Assembly (NCBI GenBank): GCA_016204045.1
Contig: JACQLQ010000004.1
Location: 100,927-164,926, forward strand
Origin: Parcubacteria group bacterium
GTDB taxonomy: Bacteria; Patescibacteriota; Minisyncoccia; Phycocordibacterales; UBA2135
Reading direction: 5' to 3'
Length of the DNA stretch: 64,000 nucleotides
The notes under the pieces were generated by a model. That model saw nothing but the letters and a program-made list of their open reading frames with translations, was not told the DNA's origin and ran no database searches. The translations under genes and the position numbers were made by a program. Every line of letters starts with the position of its first letter. The stretch's first letter is position 1. Positions 9,211 to 17,971 of this stretch are shown in pieces.

Positions 9211-9957
9211 TTAACCGCCACAACCTCCACCGCAACCGCCGCCGCAGCTGCTGCCGCCTCCACCACCTCCGCCACCGCTGTCATGACCTCCGCCGCCTCC
9301 ACCCGAGCCGACATCAGTATCTCCACCAATCGCATCTGCCACTTTTCCTGCAACATCGGTCACGGCTTCATCAACGTCCTCCGGACGCGTCTTGCGACCA
9401 ACATTGCCTTTACTTGTGCTTATACGCACACCTTCGGCGGGGTCTGCACCAGCCGCTCTACCCTCCGCCGCTGCCACAGCTCCAATCGATTCCTGGAACT
9501 CCGGATCACGTTCCCGATAAGCCTGAAGGCGCTCCGCAGTCGAGTCACCGATGAGGCTCATACCGAGATACACGACGAGGAATCCATCCATGCCATCATT
9601 GCGGTGCACCTGCTTCGTGTGCTCCATAGCACGCATGAATGCCGGGGAACCCTTCGTGAGTCCGGGGAAATGATCAATATACTCACCGACAAGGTTCATG
9701 CAGAACGTGCGATACTTGGAGCTGTCGAGGATATGCTCGTGCCAAATCGCATCGGCACGTTCCGTGGGTACAACAAACTCCTTATTGCCTGCAGTCTTGT
9801 TGATCCACACGAGCAGCAGAAATTGGCGATACTCATCGATGGCCGGACCGACATCGACTTCGACCAACGTGCCATGGCGTTTTGCTTTAGCAATATAGGA
9901 GCTTAGATCAAGCGCCGTGATGACTATCCGTGCGTCGGCCTTCGTCTTTGCTTTCAT
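9211..9957 (-). CDS. Hypothetical protein with DUF1399/GRDP-like N-domain and a poly-Gly/Cys C-terminal tail
   Basis: The WHEHILDSSKY motif and length are reminiscent of glycine-rich-domain proteins. The tail is GSGGGGGGHDSGGGGGGGGSSCGGGCGGGCGG. Preferred start is the ATG at 9957 with SD TAGGAGG; an upstream ATG at 9990 is also possible. Confidence 0.45.
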   Translation of the reverse strand: MKAKTKADARIVITALDLSSYIAKAKRHGTLVEVDVGPAIDEYRQFLLLVWINKTAGNKEFVVPTERADAIWHEHILDSSKYRTFCMNLVGEYIDHFPGLTKGSPAFMRAMEHTKQVHRNDGMDGFLVVYLGMSLIGDSTAERLQAYRERDPEFQESIGAVAAAEGRAAGADPAEGVRISTSKGNVGRKTRPEDVDEAVTDVAGKVADAIGGDTDVGSGGGGGGHDSGGGGGGGGSSCGGGCGGGCGG

Positions 9958-10090
9958 TGAGCTTTGGCCTCCTACCCTATGATCTGCCATTCTTGTAGCA
10001 CTTTGCGATAACCGGTGTCAACCCCAATTATCGCAACAAAAAACCACCGGATAATCCGGTGGGGCCTAAAAAGAGCGCTGCGTATATCAC

Positions 10091-11134
10091 CTACATACCG
10101 ATAGTTCGTAGTGCGCGAGCGGAAGTGCGCTCCGCATTTCGATCGGCATCGGGGAGCGGAATCAGGCCACGGTCGGCCAAGTAACCGTCGGGCCCCCATG
10201 TACGCTCCTCGGTCCATTCACGGACGAACACTTCGATACCCGGAACGATTCCGTTCGCGTGCTGCTTCTTCACGTAGAAGTAGAGCGGCCGCGAGACAGG
10301 ATACGCCCCCGTAGCGATGGACGCAAACGTCGGGGCGACTCCTCCGACGATACTCCCCTGCACCTGATCGAGGTTCTGCGCCAAGAAGCTGTACCCGAAG
10401 ACACCGAAGGCGTCTCGGTTCGCCTGGAGTCGACGGACGATCAAGATATCGTTCTCGCCCGCGTCAATCCATGCGCCGTCTTCGCGAAGGGTTGCGCATG
10501 CGGCCATGTAGCGCGCCGCATTAGCTTGCTGGACGACCCGCATTGCTGGATTCGCAGCACAGCCGGGTGTCATCACGAGCTCCACGAACGCATCACGAGT
10601 GCCCGATGTCGGCGGCGGACCCATAACTTCGATACGCTTGTTCGGCAACGAGCGGTCGATGTCGGACCACATACGGTGCGGATTGGGTACCAGTTGTCCA
10701 GCCGCATTGGGAACTTCGCGCGCGAGCGCAAGCCACAATTGCGGAATACTCACGGCCATCATGGGTGCTTGGCGAGAGTTTGCAAGGACGATACCGTCGA
10801 ACCCAATCTTGACCTCAACCACGTCGGTGACTCCATTGTTCTTGCAGGACGTTTTCTCGGAAGCGGTGATGGCTCGGGAGGCGCCCGTGACATCGGGGTG
10901 CGCCTCGCCAACGCCGGCACAGAAGAGGCGGAAACCTCCGCCCGTTCCAGTGCTTTCGACGACGGGTGTTTTTGCCCCCGCTACGCGCCCAAATGACTCA
11001 GCGACGGCGGTCATAAACGGAAATACCGTCGAAGACCCGACGACACGGATCTGGTCACGCGCCTCTGCGGGCAGAGCAACACCACCCAAGGCAACCGCTA
11101 CTGCAATAGCAAAAAGAGCCCTTCTCTTTACCAT
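10091..11134 (-). CDS. pstS: Phosphate-binding protein PstS-family periplasmic substrate-binding protein
   Basis: Has a signal peptide, then VVGSSTVFPF...TGTGGGF, the PstS/PBP-like signature. SD AGGAG precedes the ATG at 11134. Locally GC-rich. Confidence 0.7.
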   Translation of the reverse strand: MVKRRALFAIAVAVALGGVALPAEARDQIRVVGSSTVFPFMTAVAESFGRVAGAKTPVVESTGTGGGFRLFCAGVGEAHPDVTGASRAITASEKTSCKNNGVTDVVEVKIGFDGIVLANSRQAPMMAVSIPQLWLALAREVPNAAGQLVPNPHRMWSDIDRSLPNKRIEVMGPPPTSGTRDAFVELVMTPGCAANPAMRVVQQANAARYMAACATLREDGAWIDAGENDILIVRRLQANRDAFGVFGYSFLAQNLDQVQGSIVGGVAPTFASIATGAYPVSRPLYFYVKKQHANGIVPGIEVFVREWTEERTWGPDGYLADRGLIPLPDADRNAERTSARALRTIGM

Positions 11135-11238
11135 GGCGTATGTGTCTCCTCTTTCGTGTGAAGGGACGAGATATCGGCCTGACGGTTTTTGTCAGCCGAT
11201 AATACCCACAAAGATACTATATTTGAAATGAATTGGAG

Positions 11239-12030
11239 TCAACTTCTTTGTTTCGACAAATATTCCGGCAAGTTTGTGAAAATACCTTTTTTAAACAAGG
11301 GTGCACGGGCGAGCGTGAGTAGCGGATTCGCAAGGTTAAGCCACCCGCTCGTGTATACAAATGAGAGGTGGTACCTCGTGGCATTAAAAGGCGGCGCGGT
11401 AATATCGAGCTGGCGAAAATCGCCCGTTCTAATATCTCTATTTCGAGTACCCCCACTTCGGATATCGTTCTGGATAATCGCATATTTGTATTTCCCGAGC
11501 TTCGACAAGACGCGTGCTACTTCCTTGTTCGAGAGATGCTGAAGCACATCACGCACGATGACAAGGTCTCCTTGGGGAAGCTCGTCCGTTACCGCATCGA
11601 GATGTATGAAGCGTCGCCTGGGAGAAGCAAACTTCTGCTTAGTTTTTTCGAGAATAAACCGAGAGATATCACACCCCACATAGTCCTTATTCCCCAACTC
11701 AAGATTTTGCCCAATCTGCCAGTCGCCACAGCCGATATCGACAACTGTGTGTATGTCCGAATGCTTCTCTAAGACGGAGTTAACAAATCTGATATAGGGT
11801 CTATTGAGTACAGCGACCGACCCCGAACCGGAACCAAAGAGCCACTTATGTTTTTTGTAAATCTCATCAAAAAGGTGCGCCCTTGATTGACTGGCAACAG
11901 CGTCAGGAGCGTCTTGGGGCACTCGTGCATTAATGATCTTGGACCATACAAAGTCGACTGTTTTCATATGTTGAGTTGTAGAGTGTTTGTGTGCTTCGTG
12001 ATTGTTTCCCTCAAGCTTACCATAGAACAC
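11239..12030 (-). CDS. Class I SAM-dependent methyltransferase
   Basis: Motif I VVDIGCGDWQ and an acidic motif II (VGCDIS). Start is uncertain: GTG at 12030 or ATG at 11967. Confidence 0.65.
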   Translation of the reverse strand: MFYGKLEGNNHEAHKHSTTQHMKTVDFVWSKIINARVPQDAPDAVASQSRAHLFDEIYKKHKWLFGSGSGSVAVLNRPYIRFVNSVLEKHSDIHTVVDIGCGDWQIGQNLELGNKDYVGCDISRFILEKTKQKFASPRRRFIHLDAVTDELPQGDLVIVRDVLQHLSNKEVARVLSKLGKYKYAIIQNDIRSGGTRNRDIRTGDFRQLDITAPPFNATRYHLSFVYTSGWLNLANPLLTLARAPLFKKGIFTNLPEYLSKQRS

Positions 12031-12114
12031 CGCGTAATAAAGTACTCAAGGCCCATGCTCATAATAAAGAAAAACCGCAGGGCGAACCGTGCGGTCAAAA
12101 ACCAATCATTCTAT

Positions 12115-12606
12115 TTAGGAGCAAATACAAACTCTCGTATGTCTCGAAAGCGCTACCCCCTTTTTGTCGGCCCAATCCCCCAGCGTCTCGGGGCCAGTGT
12201 ACTCGGCGGCGAATCCGAAACTCGGCATGTCTCTCACCGTATGCGGATTACTCTTGGCTCCGCGAAGGAAATCTACACCGCCCTGTTCCGAATATGCGCG
12301 CACTACCCGATGCCACTTTGACGCCGAATCGACGATGCCAAAGGCCTGATTTCCCTCGAACCAAAACGTAGTCCATGGTTTGAGGTACACATTAGGATCA
12401 TCGAGTGGGGCACCTGTATCATCCTGGAACTGTCGCCCCGCTTCGAAAGCAAGTGCGAAGATCGAGTTCACAGCTTTATTCCCGAGCATCCCCGAGATTT
12501 GTGCTGAAAGACCTGGGAGCTTTTCCTCCACCCACGACTGAATGGCTACATCTCTCGCATTCATCCCCGTACCTCGCCCTCGGTTCCGAAATGACAATAC
12601 TATCAA
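12115..12606 (-). CDS. Hypothetical protein
   Basis: ORF coherent with the strand of its neighbours. No family recognised. Start is uncertain; an internal ATG lies at 12564. Confidence 0.3.
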   Translation of the reverse strand: MIVLSFRNRGRGTGMNARDVAIQSWVEEKLPGLSAQISGMLGNKAVNSIFALAFEAGRQFQDDTGAPLDDPNVYLKPWTTFWFEGNQAFGIVDSASKWHRVVRAYSEQGGVDFLRGAKSNPHTVRDMPSFGFAAEYTGPETLGDWADKKGVALSRHTRVCICS

Positions 12607-12650
12607 CCAATATTTTTGTCAAAAACTCTAATGTCCAAATAGTAAACAAA

Positions 12651-12688
12651 AAGCCGGGCACCCTGTGGGGGCGCCCGGCACTAAACAT
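12651..12688 (-). terminator. Terminator of the SPFH gene (minus strand)
   Basis: gccgggcaccctgtgggggcgcccggc hairpin with a T-run on the minus strand. Confidence 0.5.
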
Positions 12689-12714
12689 CACTTGAGAACA
12701 GGCAGAGTTGCCAG

Positions 12715-13542
12715 TTACCGGCCGACGTTGACGACCGGCGTGGCGGCGCCCTGGGTGACGACGGTGCACTTCCCGCCCTCACAAACACCGCGGAACGCCT
12801 TCAGCCACTCAAGCATCACGAACTGCTCAGTCGTGAGACCCATCTCCTTCTGGTAGGCCTTGTCGGCTTCTGCGCGGCTCTGTTCCGCCGCCTTGCGCTG
12901 ATCCTCGGCGAGCTTGCGCTGCTGCTGGGTCAGAATCGCCTGCTGCTGCGTCGCCGTCTCGATGCGCTGCGTCTTCACAGCGTCCGGCGGATTCGCCTTG
13001 CCGATGGTGACCTGGACCAAGCGAATCGGAATGCCCGCGTCCTTGATGTACGTCTCCATGGCGAGGCTGACTTCCGTATCGATTGCGTCGATGGCAGTCG
13101 TCTCGATCGCGACCTCGTTCATGCCGTGTTTGCGAACGGCCTGACGGATGCGATTGTTGAATTCGGCCGCGACGTTGTTCTTGTACCAGTCTGGGCCGAA
13201 CTTCTCGATGATGCGCACCGAGTCCAGGACCTGAAGCCGGATGACCGCGTCGAAGTCGAGCGGCACGCCGTCGTTCGACATGAAGTCGTCGAAGTGTGCG
13301 ACGAACTGCTGGGGTCGCATGTCGACGTTGACACGTTGCGTCGTCCATGCAAGGAGCTTGCGCCCCGCCTTGACCGGAACCGGATCGATCCCGCCATCGC
13401 CGAAGATGATCGGCTTCCGGATGAGGACGGTCTCCTCGCCGGCGGTCGGGTGCGCAGATGGCAAGATGCCAGTCAACCAAAGCGCCATACATAGGAGGAA
13501 GAGTGCGATGCCCGCCGCAACTGTAGCAATCACTGCTTTCAT
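12715..13542 (-). CDS. SPFH/band-7 (stomatin/prohibitin/HflC-like) membrane protein
   Basis: N-terminal TM anchor, an SPFH core, and a C-terminal coiled-coil rich in Q/A/E/K. SD AGAGGAGA precedes the ATG at 13542. GC-rich. Confidence 0.7.
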   Translation of the reverse strand: MKAVIATVAAGIALFLLCMALWLTGILPSAHPTAGEETVLIRKPIIFGDGGIDPVPVKAGRKLLAWTTQRVNVDMRPQQFVAHFDDFMSNDGVPLDFDAVIRLQVLDSVRIIEKFGPDWYKNNVAAEFNNRIRQAVRKHGMNEVAIETTAIDAIDTEVSLAMETYIKDAGIPIRLVQVTIGKANPPDAVKTQRIETATQQQAILTQQQRKLAEDQRKAAEQSRAEADKAYQKEMGLTTEQFVMLEWLKAFRGVCEGGKCTVVTQGAATPVVNVGR

Positions 13543-13687
13543 TTGTGCTGTCTCCTCTTTGCGGCTTGTTTCAAAATGGAGAAAGGCGCCGCAAAACCTC
13601 CTCCTAGCTCGTTTAATTATAGCATAAAATACTTATATCTGTCAATAACGTCTTTATATAAAAAGGACCTTATGATAGGCCCTTTAC

Positions 13688-13918
13688 TTAATGCACCACC
13701 TTCTTTATGAACAAGCTTGGGAGGTATGGGATCTCGAGAGGACCGTCACCCTCCACCTCTTCAATCTCAATTAGTTCACCATCCTCTGCGTGTAAATCAG
13801 GGACAATGCTCACAACGCGATAGTCTGTATTGTGCCTTAAGTTGCAACCCCCGAGTAAGATGCGCGGGAGTTCGGGATCACAAATGAGGATGTCCCCAAC
13901 CTTGAACTCCCCCTCCAT
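13688..13918 (-). CDS. Small hypothetical protein (~76 aa)
   Basis: Internal ATG (MEGEFKVGDIL...). The listed ORF extends to 14017 and would then overlap the divergent neighbour. Confidence 0.3.
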   Translation of the reverse strand: MEGEFKVGDILICDPELPRILLGGCNLRHNTDYRVVSIVPDLHAEDGELIEIEEVEGDGPLEIPYLPSLFIKKVVH

Positions 13919-14009
13919 GCCACCCCCCGTGCTCGAGCTCGTCTGATTGTATAGGGCATTCCAACACAATGTCCATAGCCGCATACACTTTGACTTCTTA
14001 CAACCGTGA

Positions 14010-14687
14010 GTGTACAACAGTGGGAGATCAACTCGCGGAATCCCAATGAAGCCAGAGACAATAGCGAGGGCGCAGGCTGTTGACGAAACCTACTTCGGCA
14101 ACCGACCCTTGGACCAGCTTGTCGCAGTACTCCTCTCCCAAGTCGAGTCACTCCGAAAAGAACCTACTCGTCTGAACATTCAAGCGCAGACGGGCGACAT
14201 TCAGTTCGTTCTCGTCTCCATAGCGCGAAACGAAGGTTGGGATCTTGACCAATTACTTGCAGACACGACGACCAAGGTCGAGAACCGCCGCCGTGGACGC
14301 CATTATTACGAAGCGCACATCACAATAAATCCCGTCTTCGGTAGGAAGCTCGAGCACTTCATCGAGGTGTGCAAGCCATATGAGTTTCGTGTGGCTACAC
14401 TGCTCATGCAAAAGCGCAAAAGGGATACGCCGAGACGCTCGAAAAATGACTCATTCTGTACCGGGCGAAGCATTTCATATTCTGACATTGAGACGAGAAT
14501 GCTAGCCCTTGTCGCCAAACTGAAGGCGGCGGGATTCCACGTACAGCGTTTTAAGATTGAAAGTACGCTTCTTGATTCCCGTTACGATGACTCCAAGTTC
14601 CCACTCGACCTCGCCAAATTGCCTGAGAAGGAAATAACTCCTCGCGCACCCGCATCTGGTGCCTTGTCGGGTCGCAAAGAGAAGTAA
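14010..14687 (+). CDS. Hypothetical protein
   Basis: 225-aa ORF with a GTG at 14010 or an ATG at 14046. Contains a single HxTx (HITI) motif. No confident family. Confidence 0.4.
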   Translation: MYNSGRSTRGIPMKPETIARAQAVDETYFGNRPLDQLVAVLLSQVESLRKEPTRLNIQAQTGDIQFVLVSIARNEGWDLDQLLADTTTKVENRRRGRHYYEAHITINPVFGRKLEHFIEVCKPYEFRVATLLMQKRKRDTPRRSKNDSFCTGRSISYSDIETRMLALVAKLKAAGFHVQRFKIESTLLDSRYDDSKFPLDLAKLPEKEITPRAPASGALSGRKEK

Positions 14688-14802
14688 GTAGTGTGCCGTC
14701 CCGCTTCATAGCTGGGCGGTTTTTTAATTACTATGTAGGACTAGACAAAATCAATATAATATGGTAGTGTAACTTCGGAACCAACCAGCGGAGCGCATAG
14801 AC

Positions 14803-15318
14803 ATGAACCTCTTCGGCGGATCGAAGAAGCCAAATAATGCCCCTGCTTTGGGAATTGATCTGGACCAATATCGTGGCCCTGCCCCCAAAAGAAATTTGGA
14901 GTCGAGACTAATCGGCCAACGCATACAAGCACACGCACGGAAGCATCGCCTTCCGATGTGGCAGGTCTTTCGCGACACAATCCTCACCGAGTTTCAGAAA
15001 GGGGTACTGACGCCGCATGAGCTCGTCGCTACCGCTGCGCAATGCGGTCCTGACTCGAGCCACAGCTGGACAGATGCTGTGGTCATCCTGTATTACGCAC
15101 TTGGATTGAACCCGGCGAATGCCCGCGAGAAACTTTTTGCGGTTTGGAAGCAAATACCCGGCATCGATGGGGTAGGTAAAACCACACTACCGACCCCCGA
15201 CGGCAAGGGATCCGACTTGGGAGAATCAATGACCGCGTCGGCTTTCTGGAACGCAGAAATCTATCTCGGTCTCCCGACGGGGACTCTCGGTTACGACCAA
15301 AAAACATTCTGGCCATAG
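14803..15318 (+). CDS. Hypothetical protein (171 aa)
   Basis: Clean ORF followed by a terminator. No recognised family. Confidence 0.45.
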   Translation: MNLFGGSKKPNNAPALGIDLDQYRGPAPKRNLESRLIGQRIQAHARKHRLPMWQVFRDTILTEFQKGVLTPHELVATAAQCGPDSSHSWTDAVVILYYALGLNPANAREKLFAVWKQIPGIDGVGKTTLPTPDGKGSDLGESMTASAFWNAEIYLGLPTGTLGYDQKTFWP

Positions 15319-15337
15319 CCAATGTTTCGATTAAAGA

Positions 15338-15367
15338 GGCTGCCACCCCCCAAGGGTGGCATTTTTG
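15338..15367 (+). terminator. Rho-independent terminator
   Basis: ggctgccaccccccaagggtggc followed by ATTTTT. Confidence 0.6.
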
Positions 15368-15547
15368 TTGGTGGAAAATAAAGGTTCCTCGGGGTAAGTC
15401 CTGAGGTATTGTCGGAACTCACTCGCCTGCCTGCGGCAGGCGGGACTCGTACCCCGCGTGCGGCAAGCCATGCGGTAGTAACCTTTGATACGACTTCGCT
15501 CGGACGCGATGAAAACGTGTTTTCATCGCGCTCCTCGCTCGTCGTAA
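15368..15547. ncRNA. Candidate small structured RNA in an unusually long convergent spacer
   Basis: About 180 nt bracketed by two terminators. It holds three strong hairpins: cctcgggg..cctgagg; cgcctgcc-tgc-ggcaggcg; and cgcgatgaaaac..gttttcatcgcg with a 12-bp stem. No protein-coding signal. Confidence 0.2.
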
Positions 15548-15579
15548 TAAAAAACCCGCGAGCCACGAATGGCTGCGGG
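15548..15579 (-). terminator. Rho-independent terminator of the antiporter gene (minus strand)
   Basis: Minus-strand cccgcagccattcgtggctcgcggg followed by TTTTTT. Confidence 0.6.
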
Positions 15580-15585
15580 AGATAA

Positions 15586-16821
15586 TCAAACCCTTAAGAA
15601 CTTGAGAAGCGTCCCCATGCTCAACCCCTGAACAATTGAGAAGATCACCACGACGTAGGTAATGATGATGAGGGCATCCCTCACCTCTCCGTGTGGGAGC
15701 GCCAAGGCAAGCGCAAATGAGACGCCGCCGCGCAGCCCTCCCCATGTGAGAATGAGCACTGCATGTTCGCTAAACTTCTTCACTACTCCTGTGAGCACAG
15801 AAGCGGCCCAGACAGAGAGGAATCGTGCCGAAAGCACGAGTGGTATCGCCGACAAACCGGCGAGGATATACCCGAGCTTAACGTTCAAGAGAAGCGCCTG
15901 GAGGCCGACGAGTACAAAGAGTGCGGCATTCAACATGTCATCGATCACCTCCCAAAAGAGGTCGAGATGTGCACGTGTCTCATCTGACATGCCGAAGTTG
16001 CGACCATGGTTGCCAATGAAAAGTCCGGCAGTCACAATCGCAAGCGGTCCAGACACATGAAGCAGATTCGCAAGTGCGTAGCCTCCCGCGACAAGTGCAA
16101 GCGACATCAAAATCTCAATGTGGTAATTGTCGACGCGCTTAATGAATTGGAAGGCAATCCAGCCGATGGCAAGACCGTAAATGATGCCGCCGAACGACTC
16201 GCGGAGTAGCGTCGTAAGCACATAATCAACCGAGAAAGTCGCAGTCCCCATGAAAACCCCGAAAAAGACCAAGAAGAGCACAATGCCGGCTCCGTCGTTC
16301 AAGAGCGACTCGCCGGCAATCTTCATCCGAATGCTATCATCGGGCATTTTCGAATGCTTGAGAAGCGCCAAGACTGCGATCGGATCAGTGGGCGAGATGA
16401 GCGCTCCAAAAAGGAAGCACGCCACGAACGGAATCTCGAATCCGAAAAGTGGGAAAAGAAAGTACGCCCCAACGCCGATGATCGCGGCTGAAATGCAGAC
16501 GCTCACGGTTGAGAGCACACCAATCGCCCAGCGCTGCTCAAAGAATGCGTTTAGGTTGATGTGCAATGCTCCGGCAAACAAGAGGAAACAAAGTACGATC
16601 TTTAAGATTGCTTCACTGAAATCGATAGCACCCACAGCATTCCTTGCCATCTCCGGAATGAACTCGAGCCCCAAGAGATCCAGCGCCGCCAATGACATTG
16701 AGAAGACGAGGGAGATCAACATGAGCCCCAGAGTCTTGGGGAGCTTTATGTACGCATAGTTCACATAGCTCAAGACGGCTGTGACGACAAGGAGTAGTGC
16801 TAGAACGTTAAAGAGTCCCAT
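15586..16821 (-). CDS. nhaP: Na+/H+ antiporter, CPA1 (NhaP-type)
   Basis: 10-12 TM helices with the ISPTDP and LLNDGAG motifs. ATG at 16821 with GAGGTGG upstream; the listed GTG at 16827 is an alternative. Confidence 0.8.
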   Translation of the reverse strand: MGLFNVLALLLVVTAVLSYVNYAYIKLPKTLGLMLISLVFSMSLAALDLLGLEFIPEMARNAVGAIDFSEAILKIVLCFLLFAGALHINLNAFFEQRWAIGVLSTVSVCISAAIIGVGAYFLFPLFGFEIPFVACFLFGALISPTDPIAVLALLKHSKMPDDSIRMKIAGESLLNDGAGIVLFLVFFGVFMGTATFSVDYVLTTLLRESFGGIIYGLAIGWIAFQFIKRVDNYHIEILMSLALVAGGYALANLLHVSGPLAIVTAGLFIGNHGRNFGMSDETRAHLDLFWEVIDDMLNAALFVLVGLQALLLNVKLGYILAGLSAIPLVLSARFLSVWAASVLTGVVKKFSEHAVLILTWGGLRGGVSFALALALPHGEVRDALIIITYVVVIFSIVQGLSMGTLLKFLRV

Positions 16822-16905
16822 TACCACCTCACTAGTTACGCGTTACGTCCTTTTGCTTTTTATAACATTTTTCACTCTGTGTCAATATTTTGATTTTATT
16901 GTAGC

Positions 16906-16928
16906 AAAAACCCACGCATAGCGTGGGT
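16906..16928 (-). terminator. Terminator of the small-protein operon (minus strand)
   Basis: cccacgc-tatg-gcgtggg hairpin followed by TTTTT on the minus strand. Confidence 0.5.
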
Positions 16929-16939
16929 GTGTACAAAAC

Positions 16940-17146
16940 TTATCTCGTTGTATTCTCCATCCCCGTCTTCATGCCGAGGAAATACCGCGGTGTGATGACA
17001 AACCAGAATCGGAAGAAACCAGGGCGTTCGATAAGCATATAGCCATCCTTACCAATCCAGATCCAATACCCCCAGATAGAGACCATACCAACGACGACTG
17101 CCATAGCCATGATGAGGGAGAATACCACTTGATCCCCTGGACTCAT
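16940..17146 (-). CDS. Small membrane protein (68 aa, 2 TM)
   Basis: Strong SD AAGGAGGTG. Its start overlaps the upstream stop (ATGA). Confidence 0.5.
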   Translation of the reverse strand: MSPGDQVVFSLIMAMAVVVGMVSIWGYWIWIGKDGYMLIERPGFFRFWFVITPRYFLGMKTGMENTTR

Positions 17147-17559
17147 GCTCCACCTCCTTGGACTGCAGCTTGCTCCTGCAATGCCTCCTTGAGAGATACG
17201 TCGTTGAAAGTCCGCTGAACGATATCGTAGATGCCACTTCTCATTACTGTGGCAGCCTCAGGTTCAACTGACTTTCTGGCATCAGTGAAACGTACCACGG
17301 TTGCATTATATGCCAACACGAGCCATGGAAACTTTCCCAAGCTCGGATGTGTACAAGCAAGCCGCACGAGCTCAATCGCTTTTTCGGAATTTGGATCGTG
17401 GATGAAAAGATCCGTAATCGCACCGGCGACAAGAAATGCCGCTTGTTTGGGATACTTAAGCAACTCCGCAATGAGTGCTTCCGGCTCGAGATCAAACAAC
17501 ATGTCTCCGTTCGTCTCGAGTCCGTAAAAGATCCCATCCCATCCTTGTGGAAGTCCCAT
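17143..17559 (-). CDS. Hypothetical cytoplasmic protein (138 aa)
   Basis: SD GAGGAG. Translationally coupled to the downstream gene. Confidence 0.5.
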   Translation of the reverse strand: MGLPQGWDGIFYGLETNGDMLFDLEPEALIAELLKYPKQAAFLVAGAITDLFIHDPNSEKAIELVRLACTHPSLGKFPWLVLAYNATVVRFTDARKSVEPEAATVMRSGIYDIVQRTFNDVSLKEALQEQAAVQGGGA

Positions 17560-17582
17560 GGCTTAGCTCCTCACCTTAGGCA

Positions 17583-17777
17583 TTAGTCGCCACTGCATCC
17601 GCCGCCACCATCGGTGGTGCAACTTGAGCTGTCGCCAACTGCGCTCGTGTAAATGAATCCATCCGATGAGCCCGATCGACCTCGACCAGGATGCTTGATG
17701 GAGAGCCACAAGGCCCACAAAATAAGTGCGACTGCAGCCACGCCGATCATCGTGATAATGACGCCCAAAGGTGTCAT
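17583..17777 (-). CDS. Small membrane protein (64 aa) with Gly/Cys/Ser/Asp-rich C-terminal tail
   Basis: SD AGGAGGA precedes the ATG at 17777. One TM helix followed by ...SSSCTTDGGGGCSGD. Confidence 0.5.
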   Translation of the reverse strand: MTPLGVIITMIGVAAVALILWALWLSIKHPGRGRSGSSDGFIYTSAVGDSSSCTTDGGGGCSGD

Positions 17778-17971
17778 GGTTCCTCCTGTTTTTGATTGCG
17801 GAGTCCATTCCGCAACTCTTCTAAAATTGTAACCTATTAAAACTGATTTGTCAAAGATTTATTGTGGTTTTGGGTGCTCCTAAAGGGGGTTTACAAAGCA
17901 ACTAAAGTATTATTTAATGTGTTAGACGTCAGTCCTATAAAAACACCAAGCCTTAACAAATGAGGTTCCCA

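Noticed and set aside
9283-9906. 207-aa plus-strand ORF and other long alternative-frame ORFs (10259..10996, 10599..11231, 12827..13492, 13126..13494)
   Set aside because: They lie in the GC-rich block, where stop codons are rare in all frames. They are antisense or shadow ORFs of the PstS-like, SPFH and Gly/Cys-tail genes, with Arg/Gly/Pro-rich junk composition.
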